In this document: piece after piece, positions 8,027-10,299 of the stretch
Position numbering within the stretch: position 1 is the first letter of the stretch
Layout of the letters: each line of letters opens with the position of its first letter
Assembly: GCA_937924355.1 (NCBI GenBank)
Contig: CALDSY010000106.1
Coordinates: 1-10,299 of the forward strand
Direction of reading: 5' to 3'
DNA from: an uncultured Caulobacterales bacterium
GTDB lineage: Bacteria; Pseudomonadota; Alphaproteobacteria; Caulobacterales; Maricaulaceae
DNA length: 10,299 nucleotides
Notes under the pieces: model-generated
What the model was told of the DNA's origin: nothing
What the model saw: the letters and a program-made list of their open reading frames with translations, nothing else
Database searches by the model: none
Position numbers and translations under genes: made by a program

Positions 8027-8620
8027 GTGATTGAGCTGAAAGAACATATCGAAGCTGAGCTGGGCGACGCCGTCAATTCCATTGAGTTTAATATGGATGA
8101 AATGACGATCAATGCGCGCCGTGCAGCTGTGAAGCAGGTTATTACTTTTCTGAAGAGTGATGCCCAATGTAAATTCGATAGCCTGATTGATCTTTGTGGT
8201 GTCGACTATCCGGCGCGAGAACGGCGTTTTGATGTCGTTTATCACCTCCTGTCTATGGCTCATAATCAGCGGGTCCGCGTGAAAGTTACGACGGACGAGG
8301 ACGAGCCTGTTCGGTCTATGGCAGAAATATTCCCAAATGCTGATTGGTATGAGCGCGAAGCCTTCGATATGTATGGAATCGTTTTTGATCAGCATCCCGA
8401 CTTGCGCCGTCTTTTGACGGATTACGGTTTTGAGGGCTATCCGCTGCGCAAAGATTTTCCGTTATCCGGGTATGTTGAGGTGCGTTACGACGAGGAACGC
8501 AAGGCGGTGGTTTATGAACCCGTCAACCTGCCGCAAGAATATCGCAGCTTCGATTTCATGTCCCCTTGGGAGGGCGCGAAATACGTGCTGCCTGGGGATG
8601 AAAAAGAAAGTGCTGAGTAG
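8027..8620 (+). CDS. nuoC: NADH-quinone oxidoreductase subunit C
   Basis: 197 aa from a GTG start 3 nt after the nuoB stop. Conserved [46 protein letters not shown] block typical of NuoC/30-kDa subunit. It is separate from nuoD, as in alphaproteobacteria. Confidence 0.93.
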   Translation: MIELKEHIEAELGDAVNSIEFNMDEMTINARRAAVKQVITFLKSDAQCKFDSLIDLCGVDYPARERRFDVVYHLLSMAHNQRVRVKVTTDEDEPVRSMAEIFPNADWYEREAFDMYGIVFDQHPDLRRLLTDYGFEGYPLRKDFPLSGYVEVRYDEERKAVVYEPVNLPQEYRSFDFMSPWEGAKYVLPGDEKESAE

Positions 8621-8629
8621 GAGGAAGGT

Positions 8630-9430
8630 ATGAATTATTTAAAAACGACAATTTTTGTGGGGTGTGCCTTGATGTTGCCAGTGTCGGCAATCGCGCAGAC
8701 GCCCATCTTTGACGCCATAGAGGCGCGAACAGCTGAAAAAATTTCCAAAGAGAAAACGCAGCAGTGCTTGTTGTCATCGCGCGTCATTGATTATGCGGCC
8801 AATAATACAGATTTGATTGATACGGATAATAAGCGCGCGGTCCGCGCTGCTGACGCCGCGCCAAAGTTAGAGATATCCTACAGAAGCAATATGCAGACAG
8901 ACATGCTTTTCAACAAAGGCATGAATGAGGTTAAGGCCGAGTATGATCACTTCAAAAGTGCCGACGAAAAAGAGCAGAAAAGGCTCTTTAAGGTCGCCAA
9001 AGGGATCAATAAAGAGTGCTGGAAGAAGTTTGATTCCGCGCAGCTTCACCGGATGGGACGTACAGACAGAATTGCAAAGCTCATTCCGCCGATGAGTTCC
9101 GAAAAGGCGGACCTCTGCGGCGCTGCTGCGATAAAGTCCATGACGGATTATCGCGATTTCACAGCGACCTTAGAGCGTGCAGTTGTTTGGAATATGGTGG
9201 AAATTGCCGCTATTCGCCGGGAGGGACACCCGCCGGATCAGCTGGTTGATTTGAATGCGGATGAAGATAAGCCTTCTGCATTTGACACGTTGAAGGAAAT
9301 GGGCGCAGATCGTGCTCTGGAATTGCGTAAAGATTGCGAGAAAAAATACGACGAAGCGATCTTTAAGGCAAAAATCGAAGAGCCCACCGAAGAGGGCTAT
9401 GTCTTTAATAGCGCAATAAATTGGGACTAA
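8630..9430 (+). CDS. Hypothetical secreted protein encoded between nuoC and nuoD
   Basis: 266 aa. Strong RBS AGGAGG 7 nt upstream, start 9 nt after the nuoC stop. N-terminal signal peptide (MNYLKTTIFVGCALMLPVSAIA-QT). The mature part is highly charged (K/E/D-rich) with 4 Cys. No similarity to any Nuo subunit that I recognise. Confidence 0.7.
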   Translation: MNYLKTTIFVGCALMLPVSAIAQTPIFDAIEARTAEKISKEKTQQCLLSSRVIDYAANNTDLIDTDNKRAVRAADAAPKLEISYRSNMQTDMLFNKGMNEVKAEYDHFKSADEKEQKRLFKVAKGINKECWKKFDSAQLHRMGRTDRIAKLIPPMSSEKADLCGAAAIKSMTDYRDFTATLERAVVWNMVEIAAIRREGHPPDQLVDLNADEDKPSAFDTLKEMGADRALELRKDCEKKYDEAIFKAKIEEPTEEGYVFNSAINWD

Positions 9431-9457
9431 TCGTAGAGTTTAGGAAGCTATAATTTA

Positions 9458-10299
9458 ATGTCTGAGCAGACCACAGCACTCCTTGAGGGCGATGATCGAA
9501 AGTTTACGATCAATTTCGGCCCTCAACACCCGGCAGCGCACGGCGTTTTGCGTCTTGTTTTGGAGCTGGACGGTGAAATCGTCGAGCGCGTTGATCCGCA
9601 TATTGGTCTGCTGCACCGGGGTACGGAAAAGCTGATCGAGCACAAAACCTATCTTCAGGCCATGCCGTATTTTGATCGCCTCGACTATGTGGCGCCCATG
9701 AATCAAGAGCATGCCTATTGCTTGGCTATTGAAAAGCTAGCTGGGATCGAAGTGCCGCGGCGCGCCGAGTTTATCCGAGTTATCTTCTCCGAGATCGGGC
9801 GCATTTTATCGCATATGCTCAATGTCACCACACAGGCCATGGACGTGGGGGCTTTGACGCCGCCGGTCTGGGGCTTTGAAGAGCGCGAAAAGCTCATGGT
9901 GTTTTACGAGCGGGCGTCTGGCTCGCGTATGCACGCGGCCTATTTCCGCCCGGGCGGTGTCCATCAAGATCTGCCGCCGCAATTGATCGCCGACATTGAT
10001 GCTTGGTGTGATCAGTTCCATGAAAAGCTCGATGATATTGAAACGCTTTTGACTGAAAACCGGATTTTCAAACAGCGCAATGTGGATATCGGTGTGGTTT
10101 CCAAGCAAGACGCCTATGAATGGGGTTTCTCGGGCGTAATGGTTCGCGGATCGGGCATCCCGTGGGATTTGCGCCGGGCGCAACCTTACTCGGTTTACGA
10201 TGAGCTGGAATTCAAAATTCCGCTGGGCAAGAACGGTGATTGCTATGATCGCTATCTCTGCCGCGTCGAAGAAATGCATGAAAGCGCGCATATCATTAA
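9458..10299 (+). CDS. nuoD: NADH-quinone oxidoreductase subunit D (3'-partial, runs off the window end)
   Basis: Missing from the ORF track because there is no stop codon in the window. Translation from the ATG at 9458 (RBS AGGAAG upstream) gives [78 protein letters not shown]..., the canonical NuoD/49-kDa N-terminus. It is open to the last base. Confidence 0.95.
   Translation, partial: MSEQTTALLEGDDRKFTINFGPQHPAAHGVLRLVLELDGEIVERVDPHIGLLHRGTEKLIEHKTYLQAMPYFDRLDYVAPMNQEHAYCLAIEKLAGIEVPRRAEFIRVIFSEIGRILSHMLNVTTQAMDVGALTPPVWGFEEREKLMVFYERASGSRMHAAYFRPGGVHQDLPPQLIADIDAWCDQFHEKLDDIETLLTENRIFKQRNVDIGVVSKQDAYEWGFSGVMVRGSGIPWDLRRAQPYSVYDELEFKIPLGKNGDCYDRYLCRVEEMHESAHII

Noticed and set aside
7793-8395. 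200-aa minus-strand ORF overlapping nuoB/nuoC, and the similar antisense ORFs 9455-9712, 9715-9897 and 9806-10291 inside nuoD
   Set aside because: They lie entirely antisense to highly conserved, confidently identified nuo genes. They have no RBS or recognisable motif and are typical shadow ORFs of coding sequence.
1-10299. Mobile element, CRISPR, tRNA or integrase signatures that would mark a classical genomic island
   Set aside because: No direct or terminal inverted repeats beyond the short dyads listed, no repeat-spacer periodicity, no tRNA-like T-arm motifs and no recombinase-like ORFs were seen on either strand.

Overview
This looks like a chromosomal segment of an alphaproteobacterium with moderate GC. 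The clues are separate nuoC and nuoD genes, Paracoccus-like NuoA/NuoB N-termini and a MoaA orthologue. Left to right the window holds: (1) a minus-strand ATP-grasp (RimK-like) gene ending at the window edge; (2) a divergent intergenic region followed by moaA, the radical-SAM GTP 3',8-cyclase; (3) a single SPFH/flotillin-family gene with an EA-rich coiled coil, closed by a clear rho-independent terminator; (4) a signal-peptide-bearing ~800-aa zinc metalloprotease with a metzincin-type HEIGHSLGFAH motif and an SVMDY Met-turn, followed 9 bp later by a small lipoprotein gene; (5) the 5' end of the complex I operon, nuoA-nuoB-nuoC then an unrelated secreted 266-aa protein, then nuoD, which is truncated at the window end. 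I found no rRNA, tRNA, CRISPR array, IS element or integrase. The two places most worth a second look are the unknown secreted gene between nuoC and nuoD, and the flotillin / protease / lipoprotein block sitting between moaA and nuo. I cannot name a new multi-gene system with confidence from sequence alone.
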